Positions 39,163 through 50,923 of a DNA stretch of 51,901 nt are shown here, piece by piece. The translations under genes and the position numbers were made by a program. Under the pieces are notes generated by a model, which ran no database searches, had not been told where the DNA came from, and saw only the letters and a list, made by a program, of their open reading frames with translations. The number at the start of each line of letters is the position of its first letter. The stretch's first letter is position 1. This DNA comes from Folioceros fuciformis (Eukaryota): positions 1-51,901 of the forward strand of contig JBNGIO010006337.1 in the NCBI GenBank assembly GCA_049999805.1, written 5' to 3'.

Positions 39163-40372
39163 TCAACCGGTGGGCATGGTGTCCTGCATGATGGGAGCGA
39201 GTATCCGGAAAGCTTGTTCATACACTGGCCTCTTGAACCCAACAGCCTGCAGCATTCCATTCCAACGGGACACAGTTCTTCACCTTCAGCATGGTTGAAA
39301 CAGCATCGGTCACTTGCTCAACTCCACATGAGATGACAAAGTTTGCACACCTTCTCAATAACTTGATCCACTGGCAGCCATTTCCAATCCGAGAACTCAG
39401 CTGCCTCATTTCCATCCCCGACCAGATTGATCTCGCTGTCATCCCCACGAAATCTGAACAAATACCTGCCATTCACTCTGGATTTTGTTACACAACCATA
39501 AGACCCGTGCAATGACACTACACAGCTTTCGAAGGTGCACTCGATAAATGGACAGGTCCAGCTTTCACTGATCACCATTTCTGCGCCTGGCCAGTCCAGT
39601 CTTGCCCCCAGAGCTCCTCCAATCTCGCTCTGACTTCGCTTGGGAAGTCGTATGTGAGCCACTGCGGCACCTGTTCACACATCCAACATCGAACCTCACA
39701 GCCCTCTGTTTATGCATGCATGACCATGCTGTGAAAGGAAATAAAGTCCTCTTCACACCTCCCCGATTATGTCAGCCGATGTCACCCCGGTCTCTTCTCT
39801 CAGCTCCCTGATGGCAGCCTGACGAGGTTCTTCCCCCTCGTCTATGCCACCCTGCGGAAGGCACTCATAGCATTGACAAACACAGCAAGGATGCCGTGGA
39901 TAAGCTGCAGTCCCAACAAGGGGTCGGAGTACCTGAGGCATCTGCCACGAGTCTGGAACATCCAAACGCAATGCCACAAACACCTGCCAGGCCAAGCTCA
40001 CGGTTGTCAGCCTCCAAACATGCGATTTGCGCAAGTAAAATGTTCACCCGGAGCCTCCCGCACCTCGTTCTTCTGGTTGACGAGACAGATCCCTACGTTC
40101 GGTCTGTAGCCCACAGGAGGGCTCTCCATGCTAGCCACCGTGCCTAAACTCCTCACAATACTTCCGCTCCTGCCATATAGAGATAACCCTCCTTGCCTTT
40201 TCTGCCACAACGCAGGTCTTATCGTGCGGTGTCGAGGGGGTGTTATGCAAGGGTACCGCGGAAAGACCCAGATTCTTCGAAACACCCAAGCTTTGACAGC
40301 GGGAAGGGACTTAGGCAGCAGAACAGGGAGGAGCTTGGGCAAAAGGGGCTCCCCTCTCGCAGAAAGCATCAT
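39163..40372 (-). CDS. Nudix hydrolase, Ap4A/(p)ppGpp type (NUDX26/27, RppH-like) with transit-peptide-like extension, 6 exons
   Basis: [37 protein letters not shown] (Nudix box), [28 protein letters not shown]; stop TGA at 39165-39163. Confidence 0.93.
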
Positions 40373-40805
40373 GCTTGTCTCCTGCTCCGTGCTGTGGGGC
40401 CTTGCTTTTTGGGTCGTGTCGATCTCGTGGGCGTACACAGATATGATGTGCTTGGATGCTAAGAGGGAAAAGGGGACTGAAATAGCTCATCGACCGTTAC
40501 ATGTCTTGACGGGAGCCTCAGCCAATACAGCTAGTGTGCTCCCCTCGAACAAGTACATCCTAAGAGACATGAGATACCTCGTAAGAACAGTGAGTTGTTT
40601 CAAACCTGCTGGCGAGTCGAGAGCTAAAGGGCCAGCCCCAGGGGAATTAGACTACTAGGAAACATCCGACACACAACAACATTCCTCGACATAATGCATG
40701 GGGAGGAGTAGCCGTCTGACTTCACGTCTTGAACTTCTCTCTGCCATTTTGCAGACTCGTTCATCCAGCTAGTGCAAGGGTCCTGAGGCGCAACCCCGCC
40801 TTTGC

Positions 40806-41527
40806 TCATTTCTTGCCACTCTTCTTCAATCCTGCACCGCCGAAGGTGCCCTTTCCTGATGCTTTAGCTTTCAAGTCCTTCAAGGCCTGACAAAAGAAAA
40901 ATAATCTCACTTACATGCTCTACTACAAAGGGCCAGCTACAACCTTCAAGCAGCACACACATCATACCTTCTCTTCGTCCTTCTTCTTTTGAAGATGTGC
41001 TAGATCAGTCTGGAAGATGGAGAGCAAATCCTTTTAAACTTATTCACAACACCCAACTCCTTCCAACCTTGCGCAACAGAAACGCCAACACCATGAGATG
41101 GTATTACCTCATCGTAGTCTTTCTTCTCAGGCTTGGCAGCCTTCAAGGGCTTGAGCTTTCCACCTACATCAATACAGTCTCCCTTCATCAACTCAGGCCA
41201 GGTGACCGGGTAAACCCTAAGAGCGCAGGGCCGTGCAGCGAATGATGCATCCCACTACCGCCCTAGGTGACAACTGCAGTTCGTCCCACAGCATCCCATC
41301 GTAAAGAAATGAATTCCAACAAAACAAACAAGAGACATTCAACTTCCACCCAGACTAGAAACCCGTCATTCCTTACGTGCGCGAACGGGCTCCAGACACA
41401 CCCCATTCTCGTGGTAAAGAACCACAGCTTCCTGAAATAGGATGGAAGGTCTAACAGCAGGGGACCGAAGTGGGAACAGGTTCTAGTACTACGCGCTACT
41501 GCATCACATACCCTGCCGTCCAGACAT
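40806..41527 (-). CDS. TMA7: Translation machinery-associated protein 7, 4 exons, 64 aa
   Basis: Exons 41527-41512, 41163-41108, 41009-40968, 40886-40806 give MSGRQGGKLKPLKAAKPEKKDYDETDLAHLQKKKDEEKALKDLKAKASGKGTFGGAGLKKSGKK*. Confidence 0.95.
41212..41220 (+). promoter_or_regulatory. Telo-box AAACCCTAA in TMA7 intron 1
   Basis: Exact motif; telo-boxes are known to be enriched near the 5' ends of plant translation-machinery genes. Function here is inferred. Confidence 0.4.
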
Positions 41528-41899
41528 GATGTCCGCCGGTGTCGAGCTCCTAAATATCTGCACTGCGAATGAAGCGGCCGCTGAGAGGCTGGATATTTCC
41601 TGCAAATCCGTCCCACGCAGGGATGGGAAACATCAGATACGGTCTGGACCGCGAGATGAGATGATAAACTCAAGCAAACAAGGCGGCACAGATGGGGCTC
41701 AAAACGGCATCATGCAGTAGACAGTAACCGCACCTTGGGGATCACGGCTACAAGCGCTAGGAGAGTAGAAACAGACGCAGCTTCTGGAATTGCACATGTA
41801 CATAAATATATAGGCGTCATAAAAGAAAGTTACCCAAAACTAAGCTGATAATTAGATGAGTGGTCAGCACGTAGTCAGTAAGTGGCCACTGTTAGGTTC

Positions 41900-42810
41900 T
41901 TAAGCTCCTCCTTGGTCAGACTGCCAGTCGGCCCGCACGTCCGCGGCAGTTGGCTCCTGGTGTGCCCTCTCGAGAGCCTTGTCCAAGGCAGCCCGGCGGC
42001 GAAGTATGAGAGGCGACTCGAAGTAGCTGCATAGTCTAGTGAGCTCTTCTGGGATACCTTCCTCGCTCTTGGCTGTGGCGGATACACGTTTCCACCAGCA
42101 TTCGAACTGCAAAGCTGCAAACGCTTCGGGCTCGTATCCCTTGTGCTCGAGGATATTGTAACACACAAGGTAAAGCAGATGACGTGGGAGCGGGGATTTC
42201 AGAGAGCACCAAGAATGCTTACCTTGGTTTCTTGTGCGGAAGCCATTCACAACGCACACAACCTGCCATGGGCGGGCTCCTGCGCGGCAGCTCTTAGCGC
42301 CTCCTCGAATCTCGCCGTTGTGTTGTTTAAGTCTGAGAGAATGTAAAGAAAGATGGTGAGAGGGGCGTCATGAGCGTGTGAAATGCCGAAAGGGTGAGAT
42401 TGAACAGCATACCTTCGAGACAAGTCATTTGTCATTCCAACATAGGTCCTCTTCCAATCGGAGGAGAGGAGAAGATACACCCTCCAAGCACGAGCTGCAT
42501 CCTCATTATCTGTTAGGGTTTTCGGCTTGACGAGTTCTGTGCTGATGGCTTTCGCTCCGTCACCTGGGCTTCCGATGGAGGACGAAGCCTTTTGCTTCTT
42601 GCAACTCTTGGGAGGGGTCGGAGGGGCGATCGTTTCTTGTTGGGAGTGTTCGCGCTTGTGGATCCGCATGTTGGAGAGGGTGGTTGTGTGCTGTGAGGAC
42701 TTTGTCTTCAAAAAGACGTGTGTCATTCCATAACTGGAGGTAGCTGCGGCGTAAGGTAATGCCCTGCAACCGATCGACAATCCTTGATGTATCGACATCC
42801 CCTGTTGCAT
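41900..42810 (-). CDS. SLX1-like GIY-YIG endonuclease (short plant type), 3 exons; start uncertain
   Basis: WRVYLLLSSDWKRTYVGMTNDLSRR|LKQHNGEIRGGAKSCRAGARPWQVVCVVNGF..Q|ALQFECWWK; exons 42810-42413, 42332-42223, 42114-41900. Confidence 0.88.
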
Positions 42811-45537
42811 CTGACAATTCCACTGCCACCCGAAGTCCAGCTACCTCTGCAGACACCTTTCCATGCTGGTCAGACCTCTGATCTAGCCTCTCAGCAGGCC
42901 GCCTAATGTGGCGTACCAGCATACTTTCTACAGACAACTGGGAGCTTAGGACAAAGAGCAACAAAAAAACACATATCTGAGGGTAGTGAGCCCTCACCTC
43001 GTAGGGTGCCAGAGCTTTTTCGTACGAATTCCAGTAATCTAGGTAGGTCCTGCGTGGACATCGCACGCTCGCGACTGATAGTTTACGACATCAAGATGCA
43101 GAACGAAACAAGGGAAATTCCAGGACGCAAGCAGCCTCAAATTCATTCAGGTACATCTTTTGTCGTTTCAAACTTCATGAGCAACAATTCTCGGACCTCC
43201 ACGGCCCTGGCCTGGACAATCAGGCGCCTATGGCATACCACCCCGATCTGGCTTGATTTAGCGAATCTCAAGGAATATGTTTAAATATTATAATATACAT
43301 ACTTTTACTTCCTCATTCCTACGCTAAGAAAACCAAAGAAGCTTTTGACCACGTCACCGCCTCAACCAAATGCGGACACAAAGCAAACAAACATGCAAGC
43401 ATATGTTTGCCTTAGCCCCAACATGGGGTTGCCTAGCTTGCTCAAATCAGCTGCCCATATTGAATTTTAGGATTGGCCGGATGGTTGCTGAAGGGTTGGG
43501 CTTTACCACCACATCCACACTATTCCCTAAAAAATGAAAACCTTTGATTGTAGGAGGCATCATGTTGTGGTTTCATTTTATGCTACTGTCATCTCTATAC
43601 CAAACCGGATGCAAGAATTTGACGTAAGTGCATTCCAAAGAAACTATTCTAAGGAAGCCAGTGTTCACCATGCATCAAAAGTCTCTAGAGCATTGCATAT
43701 GCAAAAAGGTAACTTGGCTACTCCAATATGTTGTGAACGTCGAATTGTCTTTGTTCTCCTTACTGAATGAGATCTAGTTATACAAAGAGTACCCATCTAG
43801 AAAACTATCTTTCTTGTAGCATGCCAGTGTATCTATCATACCATCCATTAAGGGTAAGGGATAATGATCTCTAAAGTTGCAACTTCATTCAATTTGCCTG
43901 GCACACTCTCACCATCCTCTTTTATGTCTTACATACAATGTTGGAACATTAATGAACCAAGTCTATTTTAATTATGCGATGTGTTATACTTTGTCCACCT
44001 TAGTTGACAAATGTTTTCTTCTTTGGGGCCTATAGTAATGTGGAACATGAAACCCCATTACCCCGACATTCTTCATATAGTGGCCACACCCATGATCGTT
44101 GTAGATTTTCGTGGTCCGTCCCCGTGACTAAATTGCTATCCTTGGTGTCTAAAATTCAATAGCACATCCAGTGAGAAAACTAAAGTGACAATCCCCTTAG
44201 AATAAAAGACTGAGTCCTTCAAAAATCAGCACACAAGGGCTTCACAAGCCAAGTCTAGAAATGTCTTCAATCATTTCCATTCTCACCAACCTCGCTTCTC
44301 ATACTGCAGCCTCCTTTTCTATTTTTCCCTCCTCTCTGCACTTAGTCCTATCTTTCATATTCTCTTACCTCCCCCGCAGTTCCAAGAGTCCTTGCCACCA
44401 TTAGTTTGATACAAATTGAAAGCATATGCACTCTCAATAGTACCACTGTATATTATGCGAACTTCATCTTGCTCCTAGGTCTCATCACTCTCCATCGTAT
44501 AAGAGCATTTTCAAACAATACAAAGCCTTCATCTCCAGGAAAAACTCCTAACTCCTTTGATCTAAACACCTTTGCCTCACCTCTCTCCTTTAGTCTTCTC
44601 TTGGTGGCTTTGCTTTCTAGAAAGAATTTCGTTCTCATTCCCCCACAACACTTAAAGCTGATTCTAAACTACTCCTCTTTTGACAATAGCCTCTATCACA
44701 TTCCTTGTGCCCCTCCTGCTTCCATCTCTTCTAATCAAAGAAACCAAAGGTGTCGGCAAAGACATAATATCGTATTGGTAGCAAGCAAATATATACATGG
44801 ATTTTAGTTAAGTGGTTGTAACCAATTTAACTTATGCAATTATATTCTCAAGTATATATTGAACTACTCAATTATAACTAAACTATCTACGTTAAGTTCA
44901 TAAGTGCCCTAACTAAGTGCGACCAGTGTTAAATAAAGGACGCTTAGTCACAACACTAATAATGATTTTCTATTTTTTACAATCAATCTCGTTACCTAAG
45001 CCATTAGCAAATTGAGGAATGGTACTTTTGCAGAAGCAACTGGTATTCTAGTAGATCTTTTATGCTTTGCTCACAGTAACTCTTTGTTCTCTCATCTTGC
45101 ATCCTTATTAAATGATGCCTTATTCTTTGGTTTTCCAACATCTTTGTGCAAGAATGATATCAACTCTATGCTCAAGATTGGATATCTTAATCTCTCCTCT
45201 ATTTACAAATGCATTACTTTGAAATCTATCTATGCCAACACCTTCAACTCTTGCTCAAAAATTTTCATCACATCTTGGGCTAAGACTTCTAACTTACAAA
45301 ACCAATAAAACAATACATGGGACAAACTGCATCGTCTCTCTAAGTAACCACATGTGACTTAAATATCTTCTCTACAAGGCAATTTAAATTCATATCCTAA
45401 ACTATGCATCCACATGTCTACATCATGTTTGTGACTAAAAAGGGATAAAATCTGGAAATGCAGTTGGGTTTACCCTTTTTGAAAATGGCACCCCATGGGC
45501 TTTTAAGAATCCAGCAATTTTGTGCACACTGTATTAC

Positions 45538-45728
45538 ATAAAGAGGCATTTAGGATTAGGAAAGTAATATATTGAATGCAAGAAGAAAGCAAATAATAAT
45601 GCAACAAGTCCCAACATGATTGTCATAGGAGATCAAGTTATATAAAGAAGCATTTGGGATAGGAAGCTAATATATTGAAAGCAAGAGGAAAGCATATAAT
45701 AATGCAACAATTCTCAACATGAATGTCA
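45538..45728. repeat. Imperfect tandem duplication, two ~87-bp copies, period ~104 bp
   Basis: ataaagaggcatttaggattagg...gcaacaagtcccaacatgattgtca (45538-45625) versus ataaagaagcatttgggatagg...gcaacaattctcaacatgaatgtca (45642-45728). Confidence 0.85.
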
Positions 45729-46199
45729 CAACTTAGTGACAAAGATGTGAAGTAGTAAGATAGGTGCGCTCCTAACGCAGTGCACACAACCTAGACAATT
45801 ACACACCCTTGCCCTATCCATACTATGATGAAGCTCCATCTTTTCAACATTTGCTCTAGTGATCTTTATGCATGCTAGGCTCCTCCTAAGTATAGTGATC
45901 ACAAAAATATTGTCAATAGTGTGGATAATGTAGTGGGGAAAGAAATCCAGCAAGGTTTCTTAGTTCCTAAAATCCACTTTAATACATATTGCTACTTACC
46001 GCAAACATAGAATCAATATTGTTTATCATTATCTCTTGATCGAGGATTAACAAGATTTAAGAAGTGCTCTACTAATAGGAGTATTGTCGTAATCCCTCAA
46101 GATGTGGGTTACCCATGAAGGGGAGGAAGAGAGAAAGGCTGAGGAAGGGGAGCGATAGACCTAAGTACGTCCAACGGGCTGCCGTACCAACGATAAGAT

Positions 46200-46299
46200 N
46201 NNNNNNNNNNNNNNNNNNNNNNNNNNNNNNNNNNNNNNNNNNNNNNNNNNNNNNNNNNNNNNNNNNNNNNNNNNNNNNNNNNNNNNNNNNNNNNNNNNN
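46200..46299. other. Assembly gap (100 N)
   Basis: Run of N. Confidence 0.99.
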
Positions 46300-47329
46300 G
46301 GGCGGGTCCAAGTGGCCGACGAACTTTGATCAACAACGGTGAGAATGAGTTCGTAGGAAGAGAACAAAAGAAGAGCAGAGAAGCGTCGTGTGGACTGTGG
46401 GCGGAGGAGAGCGGGAAGCCATGTGAGATAGATCGAAAACGAGTGGAGGGTGGTGCGAGGGTGTCGAGAGTGGAAGAGGGCAAGGTCTCTTAGGGGTCGT
46501 TGCAGATAGAGGGGTGAGGTTCGCCCCATGAACATCGTGTAGTCAAGTTTGCTCCCATACCAAACCATGAGGAGGCAATCGGGGTGTATTGGACGTGCCT
46601 TCTAAACTCAGGCGGGTTATGTGGAAAGAGGAGGAACTTCCACGAGCATTCTCCACTGAAAAGGAAGTGATGAAGGTTGTGATGCGACACAACAAACCAA
46701 AATCTCAATTCATGTGAGCACAACGACATTGGCACCTCAAGGAGTGGCCTATAGTTCATATTAGGTGTCGAACATAGAGTTTCTAAACTGTCATTACAGA
46801 AAAGAAAGAAAATCTACTCTACTATCTCTTGGCAATCCGATTGTCCACGGGGCTTAATCCTTTCTGACTCAGTGGTGCTTTAAATGGTAGAAAAGTTAGC
46901 CTAATTTAATGACTTGGAGGAGGAGTGGTGGCTACATCAGTCGACATGCTCGAAGGTTGGGCGGAACGGGTTAGTGCAAGCCGAGTAGGTCCAAGGGGAG
47001 AGTCCTCTTGTTTAATGGTGACTAGGAGGGTGGCCATGCCCTCCGGCCGCTCTTGCTGGGAGGGCTTTAGAAGGTGAAGGACTGATTTGGGACTGATCTA
47101 GACATATTGGATGGTACTATTGGAGGTCCCATAGAAGGTTTCACTAGTCCTTCGTCCACCGTGATCACCTCTTTTGCCGAGTCCTAAATTACTCACAAAA
47201 CTTCCTTGTGATAAAAACTGAAGTTGCAGTCCAACTATTGCATGGCATCGATGACCATCCTCTTAAGGGTTTGGTAATTCGGCCTATACCTAGCCTCCGA
47301 GAGTTCTGTGTGTTGAGCTACGGCTACTG

Positions 47330-47586
47330 GTACATACCTTTGAAGTTCTTCCAACACCACAGAAGTGGTTACGGCTTCCTCCTAAAGTTGGAGACAACTC
47401 CCACCTGCATTCGTTACTACTTCCACTTGCGTCTTCAAGAGTTTGACCTTGGTCTCAATGTCTCGACTATTCAATTCTTCCTCCTTCATCCGGAGGTCTT
47501 TATTTTCCTTCTGCAACTTCTATAGGTGGTTGAGATGTTCGTTTCACTCATTTCCACGTGTCTCCATGCTTTGGAGATTCTCCCTC
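47330..47586 (-). pseudogene. Decayed coiled-coil ORF, probably transposon-derived
   Basis: Minus frame reads RENLQSMETRGNE*NEHLNHL*KLQKENKDLRMKEEELNSRDIETKVKLLKTQVE...QL*EEAV, with in-frame stops. Confidence 0.45.
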
Positions 47587-47601
47587 ATGATGCCATGTTA
47601 G

Positions 47602-48768
47602 ACGTCAATAACGGAAGCCAATTGGAATTTCTCCTTAGGACTTTAAACGCAGAAGGGCTTCTGGAGGACATAGGCAGAGAGGAAGGCATGATTGGTGGGA
47701 TGTGCCTAAGAGGGATAACTACACTTTACAGGGCTAGGCGTGCGGGGCTTTGGCTCACCCAGGAAGAACATGATGGCAAGAAGCACCCTCCACATCAAAG
47801 TCCTTTAAGATGTTGGTTCCGTTTGAAGGAGAATTGGGAGTTAGTGATGAGACCTTACCTATATACGTGGCCTGGGAGTTCCGGAAGGTTGTAGGCGAGC
47901 GTGAGATCACTCTTCAACTTTCCTTCGGCTGCCATTTATCCCCGATTGGTGCGCGCACAGAAATCTCTTCAACGAAGTCGACTGGCCCCTCGATTGAGGC
48001 TCTCCCAACGTCGCCAGAGGGCGACAATTAAGCTCCTCTGGTCTACAATTGGGGTTCCCCCCAAGGTGCGGGTTACAATTTGGTGTTTCTTTCAGGCTTG
48101 TTTGCCTAACGCAGATCGCTGGGACAGGTTGCTGGCAGCCATGGGGGAGGAATGGTGCAGGCTTTGTAGTGTTGGCGCCTAGCACAAAAGCCAGCATATC
48201 TTCTTTCAGTGCGATTATGCGCAAGGTGTTTGGACTGAAGATGGCAAGTGGCTTCAAAACCTTCTCCCAGGGAGAATCATTTTGGTTACTAAGCAAACTG
48301 CCCTTTTTGGGCTTGACAAGCAAACAGAAGAGCCTCTTGTACAGAAACAGTGGTGGGGAGTGGTATGGTCTTTGTCTCTCTTCACCCTGTGGCAAAACTG
48401 GATAGCAATGGTCTATGGCGGCAATGACCCGGTATAAAGGAAAGCTTTACTTTCGCATATCTGGGAACAAGTCCAAGTGACTGCGGAGAGCATTCGTACT
48501 TCCGCCCACAACAAGTTCAAACGAACTGAGTGGAAGTTGGCCGATTTTCTCGGGCATAATGGCTAGTGGAACCACTCCTGCGCGTGGCGAAAGTGAGCCA
48601 CTCATGGATGAGGCAACTCTCGCCTGAACGATAGGTCTGGTTTGATCACTTCTGCAGTTTAGGTATTAGCATGTAGAATAACGCCGCACGCAACTATGCG
48701 AGCAAGTACTGTAATCTGGCTGTAGCCTGAGCTACGTATAATTAGATTTTTTTCTTCGTGAAAAAAAA
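47602..48768 (+). mobile_element. 5'-truncated non-LTR retrotransposon (L1-type LINE ORF2 C-terminus, zf-RVT) with poly(A) and 15-bp TSD
   Basis: LWSTIGVPPKVRVTIWCFFQACLP...CRLC...HIFFQCDYAQGVW; A-run at 48761-48769; identical flanks ATGATGCCATGTTAG at 47587-47601 and 48769-48783. Confidence 0.88.
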
Positions 48769-48871
48769 ATGATGCCATGTTAGTGCATATATAGGGTTTA
48801 CGTGTACCCTAACAATACATATACATTAGTTAAACCCAGACGAAACGGTGTGACTGTTAGAGGGTAGTCAA

Positions 48872-48915
48872 AGCAAGTCGTTTCTAAAAGATAGCAAGTC
48901 GTTTCTAAAAGATAG
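48872..48915. repeat. Perfect 21-bp tandem duplication AGCAAGTCGTTTCTAAAAGAT x2
   Basis: Direct reading: 48872-48892 and 48893-48913. Confidence 0.95.
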
Positions 48916-49222
48916 GCTAGTTGTCATTTAAAAGGAACTCTGGTGTATATAATTAATTGATTGTAAAATACATAGATAGAGAACTACTTCTCAAATTTGC
49001 TTTGCTCCCTAGGTCACTTTGTTCTCATTGTATCAAAGCCATGCTAGATTCCCTGGAGGAATCCTGGAATTTTACCGAGGCAGGGCGCACCCAATAGGGG
49101 CAGACTCGGATGCGGACTTGCTAGGGAATTCTTCGCCGCAGGCCGTCCACTCGAGCATTTGGCGCACCTCTCGTCAGAAAGTGCACGTGACCCTAGAAGA
49201 GGAAGAGCCCGGCGCCCTCGGC

Positions 49223-49322
49223 NNNNNNNNNNNNNNNNNNNNNNNNNNNNNNNNNNNNNNNNNNNNNNNNNNNNNNNNNNNNNNNNNNNNNNNNNNNNNN
49301 NNNNNNNNNNNNNNNNNNNNNN
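49223..49322. other. Assembly gap (100 N)
   Basis: Run of N. Confidence 0.99.
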
Positions 49323-49851
49323 TTGCCAACGTTCACCCCTGCAACGCGGCGGCGCCCCCGATGCGCATTGTTCCTTCGAACGATTCACGTTGGCTTGCCA
49401 CCTGTGTAACGCGGCGGGGCGCTCATCGGCACCCAGGACACCTGCAAGGCACCAACACAACTCGGACATCAATCCAAACAAGGGACTGAGGAAAATTCTT
49501 GACAGGTCGCAGAACATCCTCAACCGCGTGGAGGGATTGCTGTACAGCCTGTTGTCGTACCAGCTTCCTCCGGAATTCTCACTCAACGCCCTAATCTTGA
49601 ATCCAAGATCACTGAACCCTCTAATACTAATAAAATTTGCCAGAGCATATGTCAAGTCGCAGATTACCTCAAGAATCTCGATAGGCAAAGGCAAAATTCA
49701 AAGGATTCGCTCACCAATTCAGGGTCAGATAGCCTTGGGTCCTAGATCCTTCCACTGCCGAGGAGAACCAACATTCGCGAATGGGCAAGCTCGGTGCCCC
49801 AGACGCGAACCGGCGCGATGCGCTTCACGTCCTTTGCCGAGACCAATCTTG

Positions 49852-49951
49852 NNNNNNNNNNNNNNNNNNNNNNNNNNNNNNNNNNNNNNNNNNNNNNNNN
49901 NNNNNNNNNNNNNNNNNNNNNNNNNNNNNNNNNNNNNNNNNNNNNNNNNNN
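49852..49951. other. Assembly gap (100 N)
   Basis: Run of N. Confidence 0.99.
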
Positions 49952-49964
49952 GCCTAATAGACTA

Positions 49965-50449
49965 TGTTAGACCTTATAACCCAACGTGTTCCCACGCTGT
50001 AGACGCCAGTGACGAAACCTTCAACTAGGTGCAGGACCTAGAAGCCACCACCTCGGATGGCCTCTGAACTCTATGCCCAGCTAGGTTCCGCCGCCTACGT
50101 CACAACGTCAGCAAATAAGGGAATGACAGCATAATTGTGCGGGTTGCATGCGCACCTACCTCCCTATACCACTGTAGCCAGAGCTCCCTTGGTCGGCCTA
50201 GGTGTTCATGTTCACTCCTGCACAACTCAATTCCCTCATTAGTGGTAACGTAGTTATCGCGTGACCAGAATCACCGTGGGCAGCGCCATGATCAAGAGCA
50301 TGAAGAAGCTAAGGCGTTGGCGTAAGTGATTATTACATTGAGGTTTTGAAAAAAGCTTAAAACAGAGAGCTAGTTGTAACCGTTTTAACCTAACTTAAAT
50401 ACGAACCATTATTGGCTTAGTGTCTGAATAGGTAATTGCCAATCCTACA
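49965..50449 (-). repeat. Putative 3' LTR of the Ty1/copia element (left end tentative)
   Basis: Minus strand: PPT-like CTGAGGGGGCG (50460-50450) directly followed by TGTAGG...; candidate terminus ...CTAACA at 49965. The partner LTR is outside the window. Confidence 0.5.
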
Positions 50450-50923
50450 CGCCCCCTCAGGCCTAATGCCAATCTAATCACATCAGCAAAAACTTGAGGC
50501 GAAACGCAAATTCTGGTCTCCACACACCTAGTTTTGGTGACGCGAACGCACTCCGAATTCGCGCCCCCTTGCTATGGCTTGTGCATGCTGGCTAACCGCT
50601 CTCCTATGTCCCATGCTCACCGCAAGGTGATTGAGAGGTAGAGCAGTACCCGAGCATCAACCATGTGTGAAGATCCGCTGCAAGCTGGGCTGATAAAAGC
50701 TAAAATAGGCGCATGCCTCTTCCCATCATAGTAACTCATGCCTGCAGCATTGGTATGGCAATAAAACTAAGAGGTTCGTGAGTCCTGATTCGTTTACCTT
50801 GATGCTTCATCCAGGACTGATTCATGTGTGTGTAGGTGATGCAGGATTGGCTCCAGTGACTGAGCTGTGCGTAACACTCAGGGGATGTGTTCTCTGCGGA
50901 AGCCAAAATGCTGCATCAGAATC

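Noticed and set aside
41164-41511. Possible intronic snoRNA in the long TMA7 intron
   Set aside because: No convincing box C/D pair with terminal stem, nor H/ACA pattern, found by eye.
42560-43284. ORFs upstream of the SLX1-like gene
   Set aside because: No motifs; probably 5'UTR, intron or promoter.
45538-48915. Short direct repeats as a CRISPR-like array
   Set aside because: Only two copies each, no spacer periodicity, eukaryotic context.
49019-50028. Long ORFs on both strands
   Set aside because: Lengths are inflated by 100-N gaps; no motifs.
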